Source: Orbicella franksi (lineage: Eukaryota). Taken from it: a stretch of 64,000 bases of DNA. Of this stretch, positions 50,451 through 62,851 are shown piece by piece; position 1 is the stretch's first letter; every line of letters begins with the position of its first letter. The DNA lies in contig OZ116705.1 of the NCBI GenBank assembly GCA_964199315.1, forward strand, positions 7,874,001 to 7,938,000, given 5' to 3'. Both the position numbers and the translations under genes were made by a program. Below the pieces are notes generated by a model that was not told where the DNA came from, did not search any database, and worked only from the letters and a program-made list of their open reading frames with translations.

Positions 50451-53400
50451 GTAGCGTTCTCGTTCCCTGTTGTTAATTTTGCATACGGAGACTAAGCCCA
50501 CAGTAAGAGCGCCAGTCAAAACTGTCCTACTAAAACGAAACGATATCAGATAGTCTTTTTCTTCGCAACTAACAAAACTTTAGACAACGCTAAAATTGTT
50601 GTGGCCTCTTTGAATACTTAGCTCGAGAATTCAGGGTTCAATCTCACGAGGAACAACTTACAGTATTTTCTTCAAAATTGCACTACTATTTTTCTACCTG
50701 AGACACTCGACGAACTACATGCAAATAAGTTGCCGGACGCGTGATATCCATTTTCTGGCTCCAAATTAAAGGCTTGGAGACACAAAATGTTAACGTTCAT
50801 AAAAATTTTCACTGTATATATTTACAATCTCATAGAGTTTTCGGAATTATAAATCCCTTTTCTGGAATATATATTCGATGCCGTCTCCAGTGAGAAAGGC
50901 TGTCTGACTGCAATTATTACTTCTACTTATGGTCCAAGACAGTTCAATGGGCAAAGTTTTAGGGAAACTGTTTTCCGATCTGAAATGCAGTGGACCGTTT
51001 TTACAACTGCATTGTTCCCTCGTCTTTGCACTTCTAAGGTGACGCTTAGATTTATTCATAACGACTTTTTTTCACCGTATAAGAAATTAAAACGACAACA
51101 CCGTATCAATCGGATGGGCCGTAATCTTTTTTTCTCAGGGTTAGCAAATTTAAGATTTGAAGAGAAATGTAAGCTTATCTTCATCGCTCGTATTTTGTGT
51201 TGTGTGGCGGCCGTAATAAAATTTAAGTGCGCGGTCAACTGGTGCGAGGTCTGGAACCAAGAATTTAGGAAAATAAGGATGAAAACCGTTAGAAAACAAA
51301 TCAAGAACAGCAATGGTGGACAAAAACCCTTGGGAGACTGATTTAATTCAACGTGCTTGTCCGTGTTTCTCTTTTATCTTTTTCACTGAAGTTTGAAAAA
51401 GCGCTGCAATTCTTATAAAGAGGCGTTGCTATTCTCTCCTCCCTACTAAATACAATGTTAAAACTCAGGCCAAATTACACATTGTAGGTAGGGTGGGGGA
51501 GGGGGAAGGCTAAGCAGGTAAAGTTGTTTTCGCTCGCGACTATTGTCTGCCGTGTGTGCAAAAGCGCCAAGAGCGCAAATTTTTCTCAAGACTTTTGTCC
51601 ATGACTGCAGGTGAGAACTAAATTAACTGAATCCTCTTCGTTTTATGGGGGTGTCTCGTGAAGGGTTTATAGTGGAAGCACGTTTACAGACCGGTCCAAC
51701 GGTCCAAGTGGAGAGAAGCCCTGACCAAACACCTAAAATCAGGGGAGGAGAAGCTGACACGCCGCCACAGAGAGGCGGGTCCGCAGAAAACAAAGCGACA
51801 GCCTCGACAGACCAGAGACAGAACACAAATGCAGCCTCTGCAATACAGACTGTCACTCCCGCATCGGCCTCCACAGCCACAGACACCGGTGCTCCAGCCA
51901 AGTAGACAACTAGGATGCTACCCATGGTCAACCCTGACCGACGGAGGCCTACAACAACGTTTACAGAGATGTGGTCCATCTTAGTGCCAGGCAACTGGTG
52001 AATGACTGACTGGCTGTACTGGTTCACACATACGTTGAACGCCCCAACTCGCACCTTTTGACAAGGTGACGGCCACACTCCGGGCAACGGTATCGACCTG
52101 CCCCGTAAACTACATAACTAATAACTGTCCACTATATGCCACGTGGCATATAGGGCCGCAGCATCTTCCCTCTACCTCAATTTGTCTCTAGCCCTGACAG
52201 TGCTCTGTTTCTCTCACAACCCTTTCGCGAATTCTTATTCAATAAAAATATGAACTATTTTAAGAATGAAGAAGTCAAACTGTGAATATAAACACTGGTC
52301 GCATAATGATCACAATTTATTCTATATTGACAACGTGGGGTTTAGCTAAACTACGTCTACTTGACAATCTGTATCTTCCGCTTTCTTCACCTATTGGAGA
52401 TCTAGACTTAAAGATATTTTCGGGAACAAGAGGGCGAGCTTGTCCTGTTACATGGAAAAAGGTATAATTTTGGATTATTTTAAGGGAACAAGTGCTGTCT
52501 GGGAATTATCAACAGACACCTGATGTCAAGGAGCAAAATTGCAATAGTTTTATGATATTATGAAAAAGTGTAAGCTCTGACTAGAAGATCTTGCGTTGTA
52601 AACCTTATTGATTTGAGCACCTTTTATTCCCAATATTCCGTAACTCCTCTGGGTATTCAACATCGAGAATTTATCATTTAAAATGAAATATATTCAGGTA
52701 CAACACGCCGGATGAAAAAGGGAAATCATTAACGATACCAACTTGATAAGCCATCCAGTTCACAAAAATAACATTCAAACTATTCTCACTGCATAGTTAA
52801 TTAGCTCATTGCAAAACATGCTGTTATTCCATAACATTCCCCCGTTTTCGCCCGTGCTGGTGGCGTCGGTAATGCTTTGCGCCATTTGGAGTTTATATTT
52901 GGTCTGCATGTCCGCTTGAAGCGTGCTCTTTTCGACCTGTACTCCACAAAGACAGTCGTCTTTTGCGACCCGCCCACCTCGATCCCCTGGTGGTGGTTGA
53001 CCAAGCTTCTATTTGCTCATATCCTCATTACATGCCTACTGCCTCATCAGTCGCGGACTCTTCCCATAACTTAATCTTATGCGATGAGGTAATGAGTATG
53101 CAGTGAGGATATGGTACTAATGAGAGTATACCAATCAAGAAGCTTGATGCGATAAGAAGAAATAGCGAGAATCTGAAGCTGCGTCATCGTGCGCGTAGTT
53201 ATTTGTGATAACTAAAACCGGAATTTTTGAAGTTTATTTTCTTCTGTGATCTAAGATTTAACTGCAGAAAATCTATTTTAATATCGCTTCAAGACAGTGA
53301 ATTAGCTTACCTACGTCTTTTATTTCGAATAAAGAAAAAGTTCACATTTACACAAGAAAGGCTATCCTTTAGACATATCCAGCCAACCTTGGTAAACGAA

Positions 53401-53694
53401 TTAATTAAATAACAGTATCCTCTTTCCTTATTACAAATGTGCAGTTAGAACAGAATTAAAGCATAGACGAGCTGTGGTCTGCTGAGTCATCCGTCACGCG
53501 AAAAAGTGACATGATTGGCTTATGTCTGACATCAAAGCGTGGTTTTAACTGTGAGTCATATCATGCCATCTTTCATTAGTCGTTGTTAGCTTTTGTTTCA
53601 GCATAATTCGACTAGACATCACTGGTGATTATTCGATATTATATTGACTTCTATCTGAGAGTGATTAGATAAAGACATCCGTCGCAATTTAAGA

Positions 53695-53764
53695 ATGAGT
53701 GTTTCTCTGCTTTTCGTTTTCGTGCCATGGATTTCAGTAATCCTCTGTCCAACTCGAGCGCAGG
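53695..53764 (+). CDS. Signal-peptide first exon A of copy 3
   Basis: MSVSLLFVFVPWISVILCPTRAQ + G, donor GTGAGT at 53765. Confidence 0.7.
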
Positions 53765-56700
53765 GTGAGTTTGAAAATGTACTATTTACCTGCTTTGTAA
53801 TTTATATAGATAGTATCTTAATTAAGTTTTCTTTAGTTAAGATAAAAGTGGCTGTTAAAGGATTCTTGATAATTTGGAAAACGAATCGATAGGCAGAAAT
53901 TATACCTAATTTGTTCGAATTCACATCAAACCTTTTCTATTCGGTCTTACGCAAAGTCAGCCCCATATCTCTCCGCCGTAGTGTATTAATCTTGTTAAGT
54001 GCGGACATGTGACGAGAATAAAGAAAATCAAGCGTTGCACAGACTGTTAATGTCATGATATTCTGACCAATTTTGTAATTTAAATGACATCTTAGCAAGC
54101 CATCTGCTTCTCTTCGAGATCAAGGGTTATGGTTTTAAGTCTTTTGTTTGAATCGGGAGCCAAGACGGTCGCTGATGATCTCCGAATAGCCGTAGATTTG
54201 GAAGTGATGTGATTAAATGCTATACGCATTTGTGCTCATAACCAATTCATTCTAAAAAAAATGATGCATTGTCAAAATCTAGAACGAAGAAGTGAAGCGG
54301 CTCTTAAGTCAGCAGCTTTCCCTGTAAAATATGAAACGAAACCGACAGCAGTAGAAAAAAAATAAAGCTGTGTTTACTTGATAAAAGGTTGATGCTGAGT
54401 ATTTTCCTCTTCATTGGAAAAAGTGTGTCTAACAGTTAACTTGAGGTGCTTACCGTAAATCCTTGAACAATCACTCGATCCTTTTAAGTCTTGTAGACAA
54501 CGTCGAAATTGTATTAATTCAGTTATCAAATTATCAAATTACTTTAATTTTCTTATCTTCTGACGTGAACATAATTTTACTTTGTATCATATGTACATAA
54601 TCGATGCTTTGAATTAAAATAGTTGGTTTCTTAGCGAAAGAAGCATAATGTTCCCTACCTTTTCTTAGCCTGTAATTCAAATTGCATGCTAGAGGAAGTT
54701 AATTTGCTACCGTTTGTTTAAAACCACCCGCAATGCAGGCCAATTTGCGCAAGCAACAGAAATCTGTTCTATTATTTATTTGTTCGGTTTTTCAGCTCGT
54801 ACTTGTAAGAAGGTTTACTTCCATAATCCGATAGAAACACATAACTCGAAAAAAATCTCGCGAAAGTATCCGAAAAAAGTGTATAAAAAGAAACTAAATA
54901 GGAACATCAAATTTTATTATATTCTTATTAACAGTGTAATGAAGAAAATGGCTCTGATCATGATGTTTACCTACCGCTAATTTGAAATAACTCTCTCAGC
55001 GGAGGTTGACGCAAGAGGTCTTGACGCAAGGGTAAAAATATTATGGAATTAAATGCCAATCCTGCCAGAGACGAAGACCCACTATCGTTTAAATTTGCCA
55101 TACATACAACTGTACCTAAAAGAAATACGTTCATGATGCAGATTTAACAAAGTTTTCGTGTCCGTATAATTAGCAATTTCCTTGGCAACCTATTTTCTGT
55201 CTTGTTGCACGAAACTTCTTCTTAAAAAAATAATCAGCCCTAATAGTCGACCAAACAGAAGCTAATAATTCGAAGGAACGGTTCCTCCTTTTTCTATGAA
55301 CTGGGAAAAACGCAAGTTCTAAACCTATTATTTTTTGAACAAAACTTGAAAAGCTAATAGGCACCTCTTTCCTTATCAGAATATTAATATGCTGTCTGCA
55401 TAAACAGGTGGCAAGAACAATGTGGCTATTATATTGATGTAACACCAAATCCTCACAAGGACAATTACTAATAAATGTATGATGATTAGTAGTGAGAATT
55501 TACGCTTCATCTCGAGGACGGATAGATTAAAAAAAAACATGCCGCCCCTCGCACTTTTAAAAGTCGATTTTAATTTACGTTCTTCCCTAATTACCACTAA
55601 ATTACGACTTCGAGGTGCCCAGTGTCCCAACATCAGTGTCCAATGTGGTATAAAGAAGGAATACACCAGAAGTTCGAGTAACAAACAGTAAAAAAAAAAA
55701 ATGTACCCAGATTATTTACATGGTATTGCAAACTTCTGTGCGACTGTTTTAAATATCTTCCCAAAATTAACTTTTAACAAGCAGGTCATAATTCAAGACC
55801 AGTAAGCTATTTTCTCTGACATTTTCGTTCCAAAAAAGAAAAAAAAAAAAACGTCAAATGATCTTGAAGTTTTCGTACGCGGGGTTTCTTAAGTACGTCC
55901 ACCTTGTTTGCCACCGTAATATCATCTCTTCTGAATGAATGAATGCCAAATAGACGAACGAACGAATATATTGAGACGAGTACGAGCTGCCAATAAATTA
56001 GCTGAATTTTACCATTAATTTGAACGTCTCCTAACGACAGATGAGCTAAGTCACAAGTTTGCTTGCAAGCAACGAAATGTTCATGTATGCTTAAATTACT
56101 TGCTAAAATTTGCAAGCTGCGTAGCCTTTAAAGTGCCTATGAAGTAAAAAAAATTGCTGCCTACTCGAAAGGCTTCTCAAAGTAAAGAAGAATGGCGTTT
56201 TCCTGGCCTTTCCTGTTTAAAAAATAACATCATATAGAGAAACATGAACCTCATTAACATTATATAACTAAACGGAGCTTGAGGCCTGTACTGAACTTTT
56301 CTGCAAGATGTGGCATGCTCGTCAAAACAAAAGCTTTATTATCGCTAAAAGCTTTTTTCCTTCCATTGGACGCAAGTAGAAAAGCATAAAACTGGCACTA
56401 GGGTGTTGAAAACCCGTCGACGTAAACCCAGCTTTGAGAAGCGTGGTGAAGCTAAAACTTCATAACTCTCTTTCAAATTTGCCCACATGCATTTTTTTTT
56501 AATATAGTTTTAATCAACCATATGCTGTTCTCCTCAGTAGTTTACTGACATACATTTTCACATGTAGCAGTTGGGAGAAACTGCTTGAATATCAGGCAGA
56601 TGTATGTCACTTTTACCGTAATCATCTTCTTTAGTTAAAACATCTTAACGAGAATGCTCATGATTTAATAAGTATTTCAATCATGAGCTCTATAAAAAGA

Positions 56701-58637
56701 TACATACAAGTCATAGTTCTTCTTGTAGAAAACAAAGCTGATCGACAACCTGAGGATAAAGGATGGGCCGAACACTCAGTTTTCCACACGTCTAATCTAA
56801 CTTTATAAATTCTTCATCTTTCAACAGAGAACAAAGGTTCTCTACTGGAACAGCTTCTTTATTTTCCTTACAAATGTTAAACATAAATTGTTCATTAAAC
56901 GCTTTTCATAATTTCGGGATTAGCAAGCTACATTGTACATGTCATGGACTCACTGGACATCTTCTTCCTTGCATTAAGCGCTTGAAAATTCACGAAAGAG
57001 AAACCTTCTCTACAGGAAGTGCTGCTTTATTTTCCTTGTATTTGTAAACATTAAGTTCTAAGTAGCCTTTATTTCGATAATTTCGGGATTAGTTTAAGTC
57101 GCCATTCTAACCAATTTGTGATAGGGTGGTAAATGTATTTGGTGATATTTCAATTATATTACAGATTTAAGTTCAACAAACGTTTATTTAGCAGACAAGG
57201 TTCGCACTTTTCATAAAGCGAAAATAAAATGTCTCTTAGCTTTGGTAGAATAGTCAGCTTAATTAACGTACATGATGGTGGGCAAACTAAACACACCTGT
57301 TGCGTATTTACCTCAATTCGCCTTAATTTAGGTCACGTTAACTTCAAATACCTCAATTAACATGAGTATTAATTTCCTTTAGAAAATGGACCTTCTAAGA
57401 ACTGCACTTTAGTAAGTTTGGTTGCGTGTTTTATTATGTATTTCTAACAGCCTTTGAGCGAATCGTCTTTAAATAGAAACGTAAACTCCTCGAAACATGA
57501 CGGCGTCAAACTGTTCAAACAAACAACTGGTCGAATGATAAACACTTTTCAATTAATACACGTAAATCTAAAGTGCTTGTACTTTAAAATCTTTATCTTT
57601 CTCGTTCTTTGCTTGTTGGAGACTCCAAAGGTTTTTGGGAAGAAGAAATTATAGCCTTTTGCATGAGACAAGGGATAATTTTCAATTACTTTAATGGAAC
57701 AAGTGATGTCTTGGAACTATCAACAGAAACTTGATATCAAGGGGCAAAATTGCATAAATTTAAAGTTTTAAGGCATTGGTAGGAAGTGTAAACTCTGATT
57801 AGGAAATCTGTCGTCGTTTACTTTATTGATTCTTGAGTAGCTTTCTCTCCCAATAGTCTTTCACATGTCTGGGTATTCAACATGTACACTTTCTCATTGT
57901 AGAATGTACAAATTTAAGGGCAAACACGCGGGATGAAAAAGGGATATCATTAACGAAGGTTACCGTCTCAATAAACTATATATGATGTTCAAAAAAAATA
58001 ACATTCAAACAAATGAAAGTATAACAATAAAATATCTAGATGCAAGACTAAATAGCGGAAATATGAAACTGAATCATCGCTGCGTTCAGTTTAAGAAAGA
58101 ATGTTATTTCTTAGAAGGAAAACCGAAATTTGAGAAATTTATTTTCTTCGTTGATCTGAGGTTTAACTACAGATAATTTATTCTATCAACGCTTGAGGAC
58201 AGTGAATTAGCGTAACGACCTTAACCATGCCTTTTATTTCGATAAAAAGCAAAACAAAACAAAACAAAACAACTAAAACTCAAACTTTCACTAGAGTGGT
58301 TCTCCTTCAAATGTATTCAGTAACCAACCTACATGTAGGTAAATAAATTAACTAAAGAACCGTATTCTATTTACTCATTAAAAATGCACAATCAGAGCAG
58401 AAAGTTTATATGTACTTTATGGAGTGTACTCTCTTGTCAAGTGAATAAGTAACATGATTGGTTTACGTCTGTTATCTGAGCACTGTTTTAAATTTAAGCC
58501 ATATCATGCCATCTTTCATTAGTCGTTGTTAGCTTTTGCTGGAGCTTAATTCGACAAGACATCACTGGTGATTACTCAATACTGTATTGACTTGTATCTG
58601 AGTCTTATTAAGTGGAGACATCCGCCGCAAGTTAAGA

Positions 58638-58707
58638 ATGAATTTCTCTCTGCTTTTCGTTCTCGTGTCATGGATTTCAGTAATCCCTTGTCCAACTCGG
58701 GCGCAGG
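58638..58707 (+). CDS. Signal-peptide first exon B of copy 3
   Basis: MNFSLLFVLVSWISVIPCPTRAQ + G, donor GTGAGT at 58708. Confidence 0.78.
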
Positions 58708-60010
58708 GTGAGTTTAAAAAAATTTCCTCTTTACCTGCTTTGTATTTTATAGATGCTATCTTAATTTCTAAGTCAGCGTTCCACAGTTTGGTTAAAGATG
58801 GCTGTTAAAGGATTCTTGATAATTTGGGAAACGAATCTTTAGTCGGAAATTATACTTAGACTAATATGTTCGAATAAGCATCACATTGTTTCCATTCTGT
58901 CTTACGCTGAGTCAGTGCTGTATCTCTCTGTACTGCATTTATCCTGGCAAGCGCGGACGTATGACGAGAATAAAGGAAATCAAGCGAAGCATAAACTGAT
59001 ATTGTCACAATAGTCTTCCAATTTTTGAAAATTAAGTGATATGTAAGCAAGCCTATCTACTTCTCTTCGTGATCGAGGGTGAGTCTGTAGTCCACTGGTT
59101 GAATCGGGAACCAAGACATTCGCTTATGATCTCTGATTAGCCGTAGATTTGGAAGCGATGTGATAGAATGGTACACCCGTTTGTCTTCATAACCAGGTCA
59201 TTCAAAAAAGTGCCGCATTGTCATGTAAAACGAGGAAGTGAGACAAATCTTAAACTAGGTTTACCTCTAATACATAAAAAGGCAAATGACAACAGTTTGA
59301 AGAAACCATGTTTCCTTGATTAAAGGTTAAGCTGAGCATTTTCCTCTCCATTGGAAAGTGTGTCTAACAGTTAACTAGAGGTGCTTACTGTAAATCCTTG
59401 GACAGTCACTCAATCTTTTTAAGTCTAATAAACAATATCTCGTATGAGATACGTGCGTCATTTGAATACCATATCATGTATACGATACGTGCATCAGCCG
59501 TGTTTACCAAATTCAAATTACTTCAATTTTCTTATCTTGTGTTTTAAACCTGATTTTACTTTGTGATACATGTATGTACGGCTCATGCTTTTTATTAAAA
59601 CAGTCCGTTTCCTAGCGCGAGTAGAATAATCAATTCTGCAATTTTTTGGCCTGTAGATCGAAACTCACAAAGATTTCAGAGGAAGTTGCTGCTGTTTCTC
59701 AAAAATCACCCAAAAGCCAGGCAAATTTTTGAGCAGACAAGAGAACTCTGATCTGATATTTATTTGTTCGGTTTGGTGTTCGTTCATGTACAAGCCTTCC
59801 TTGTGAAATGCGATACAAACACAGAACCTGAGAAAGCGCTGTTGACATTGTGATGGCACGAGTAAAGAGAATTAATATTTTGATTTTTCTTCATTTTCTT
59901 GCATTTTTTCCCGAGGAAAAGGAATTTAAAACATAGTATAAATTAACTTGAATTCAAGATCGTGCAGTGGGTAATAGTCAGGTGCTTGAATATGTATGAT
60001 AAAAAGAGGA

Positions 60011-60792
60011 AATTTAAGGAGTGTTAACGCGCGCAATTCAAGGAGTGTTAAAGCGCGCAATTTAATGACTGTTATAGTCTGGGATTTAAGGGGCCTTAAA
60101 ATGCGCGATTTAAGGATTGTTAAAGTGCACAATTTTAAGAGTCTTAAAGTGCGTAATTTAAGGAGTGTTTAGTTGCACAAATTAAGGAGCCTTAAATTGC
60201 GAAATTTCTAGAGCCTCAATGTGCGTAATTTAAGGAGCCTTAAAGTGCACAATTTAAGGAGTCTTAAAGTGCGCTATTAAAGGAGTCTTAAAGTGCGCAA
60301 TTTAAGAAGTCTTAAAGTGCGCTATTTAAACAGTCTTAAAGTGCGCAATTCAAGGGGTCTTTAAGTGCGCTATTTAAGTTGTGTTAAAGTGTGCAATTTT
60401 AGGAGTCTTAAAGTGTGTAATTTAAGAAGTGTTTAACTGCGGAAATTAAGGAGTCTTAAATTGCGCAATTTCAGGAGTCTTAATGTGCGTAACATAAGAA
60501 GCCTTAAACTGCACAATTTAAGGAGCCTTAAATCGTGCTATTTAAGGAGTCTTAGAGTGCGCTGTTTAAGTAGTCTTAAAGTGCGTAATTTAAGAAGTCT
60601 TAAAGTGCGCTATTTATAAACAGTCTTAAAGTGCGCAATTCAAGGAGTCTTAAAGTGTACTATTTGAGGAGTCTTAAAGAGCGCAAGTTAAGGAGTGTTA
60701 AAGAACGCAATTGAAGGAGTCTGAAAGTACATACGTTAAGGAGTCTTAAAGTGCGCAACTGAAAGAGTCTTAAAGTGTTTAATTTAAGGAGT
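60011..60792. repeat. 24-bp minisatellite (paralog of 29400-30230)
   Basis: Same consensus and variant order, about two units shorter. Confidence 0.95.
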
Positions 60793-62591
60793 GATAAGCG
60801 CCCAATGAAACTTGAAACTAGATATATTACGTAAAGCATTTTTTGGTGATTTTACGAAAGCTTTAATAAAGAAGTCTTGGCCCAGATACTGATAATGTTC
60901 CAAATTGTTTCTGTGGTTCAGGACCAATTTACAGAAACACTCGTGAAAGTATCAGAAAAATACATAAAAAAAGCTGGATAGGAATACAGAATTTCATCCT
61001 ATTTTTCACCCACAGTGTAACGACTAAAATTGTCGTGATTCTCATCAATACCCACCGCTAATTTAAAATAACAATACTGTTAGTAGAGGTTGTTTAAGCG
61101 CAAATTCTAAAGAAAAGTTTGCCGGGGTCTAGACCCAATAGTAAAAGTGTTATCGAATTAAATGCGAATTATTTTGTAAAAATTTGCCAAAGATTAAAAT
61201 CGATGATGATGTAAATCCGACATAGACGTCGTGTCTCGTACTAATTAGCCATTTCCAAATTTAAGGCAATCTAATTTCTCTCTTGCAACACGTAAATTTT
61301 CTCGAAGACTTGATCTGACCTATCAGTCAACAAAAGCTAATATTTGAAGGGGACGGTTCCTTCTTCTGCCGTTGAGCGAAATTTCGGGTTCCACAACTAC
61401 TAATTTTTTTAAAACTAAACTTGAAAAGCTTGATCAGCACTCTCTATTGTCAGAATATTAACAGGCTGTCTGAATAGACAGTTGGCAAAAAAACAAAAAA
61501 CAAAAAAAAACATGGGTATTATGTTGAAATACCTCCAAATTCTCACAAAGAGAGTAACTGAGAAATGTGTGATGCTTAGATAGGAGAATTTACGCTTGAT
61601 ATCGGCAATGAGATTACAAAACAAGCCGTCACTTGCACTACGTTGTTCTCTAATTATTACTAAATTACGACTTCGAGGTGTCCAGTCTTCTAAATATTTG
61701 TAGTTTGCTATTTCATTTAAACACCAAGTAAGTGATTTAAGCATCAGGGTGGAATTTTTAAGAAAGAATTCACCTGAGGTACGAATAGCATGTAAACAAA
61801 CACTTTGTACTGAGATTGTCTACATCGTGTTGCAAGCTTCTGTTTGACTGTTTTAAAATTCTTCTGAAAATATAATTATTTCTAACACATTACATATGGA
61901 AAAAACAGTTGAAAGTACTGGTGAAATGAAACTAATGATATAATTTTACCTGCGTTTGCATTATTTCTTTGAACTGTGAAATTTATTTTATCTAGCTCCC
62001 ATAAATAAGATGTTATCAGTGTTATTCAAGGTACCTAGTTGATATATCTTTAGCTTTAAGAAAATGTAAAAGGGACTGAAAAGTACCTAAAATTAATCTG
62101 GTCCACTTAAAACTGAAATTTCTCGATTTACTATCGTAATTCGTCGTAAATTCTTCATAAAAAAGCGATGACACTGAAAGGTGAACTCGGAAATAAATCA
62201 TGCAGTTATCATGGATCCTCACAAGACTTAGCAAGCGGGAAAGAAAATTGCGAGTACACTCTTAGCTCCCCTTTAAAGAAGTTATTTCATATATATTTGG
62301 TATCACAACAATAACGAACCGGTTAGAAATTATAGTTTTACCGATTTGTTTATACAAAGGTCTGGCAAAAAAAATCAATCTCGTGCGTGGAGAGTAAAGC
62401 GAAATAAAGATATACTGCATGTTGATAGGAGATACTATGTACATAAGCCCTCATCGCTCACTCCTAAATTACTCTGTTCTTTAAAATGTTTGAATATTTA
62501 TTTTTGTCTCAGACTTTAATTATAAAAGCCTGTTTCAAATTTTCCTTTATTTATTATAAGCTCTAGATAAACATGTTTACATTTTTTTCAG

Positions 62592-62851
62592 ATGGAGGAC
62601 GTGAGCTGTACTTTCCAGCCCACTATTTCTATGCTGAGAAACGTTTAGTGAACCACTGGATAAAGACCATGATTGTCAATGACTTGGACGAGTGTGAATA
62701 CCGTTGCTACCTGGATGCAAACTGTGTCAGTCTTAATATTAAGAACAAAGATCCCAACGGAACACATGAATGTGAGCTGAATAACTCCACTCACTTGGAG
62801 CACGATGGGAATCTGACGGACAACCAGCTTTACTATTATCGTGGCGCCGAA
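62592..62851 (+). CDS. Gene copy 3, exon 2: PAN/apple-like domain; downstream exons lie beyond the window
   Basis: AG at 62590-62591, GT at 62852. 259/260 identical to copy 1 exon 2 by my reading, with all Cys intact. Confidence 0.85.
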
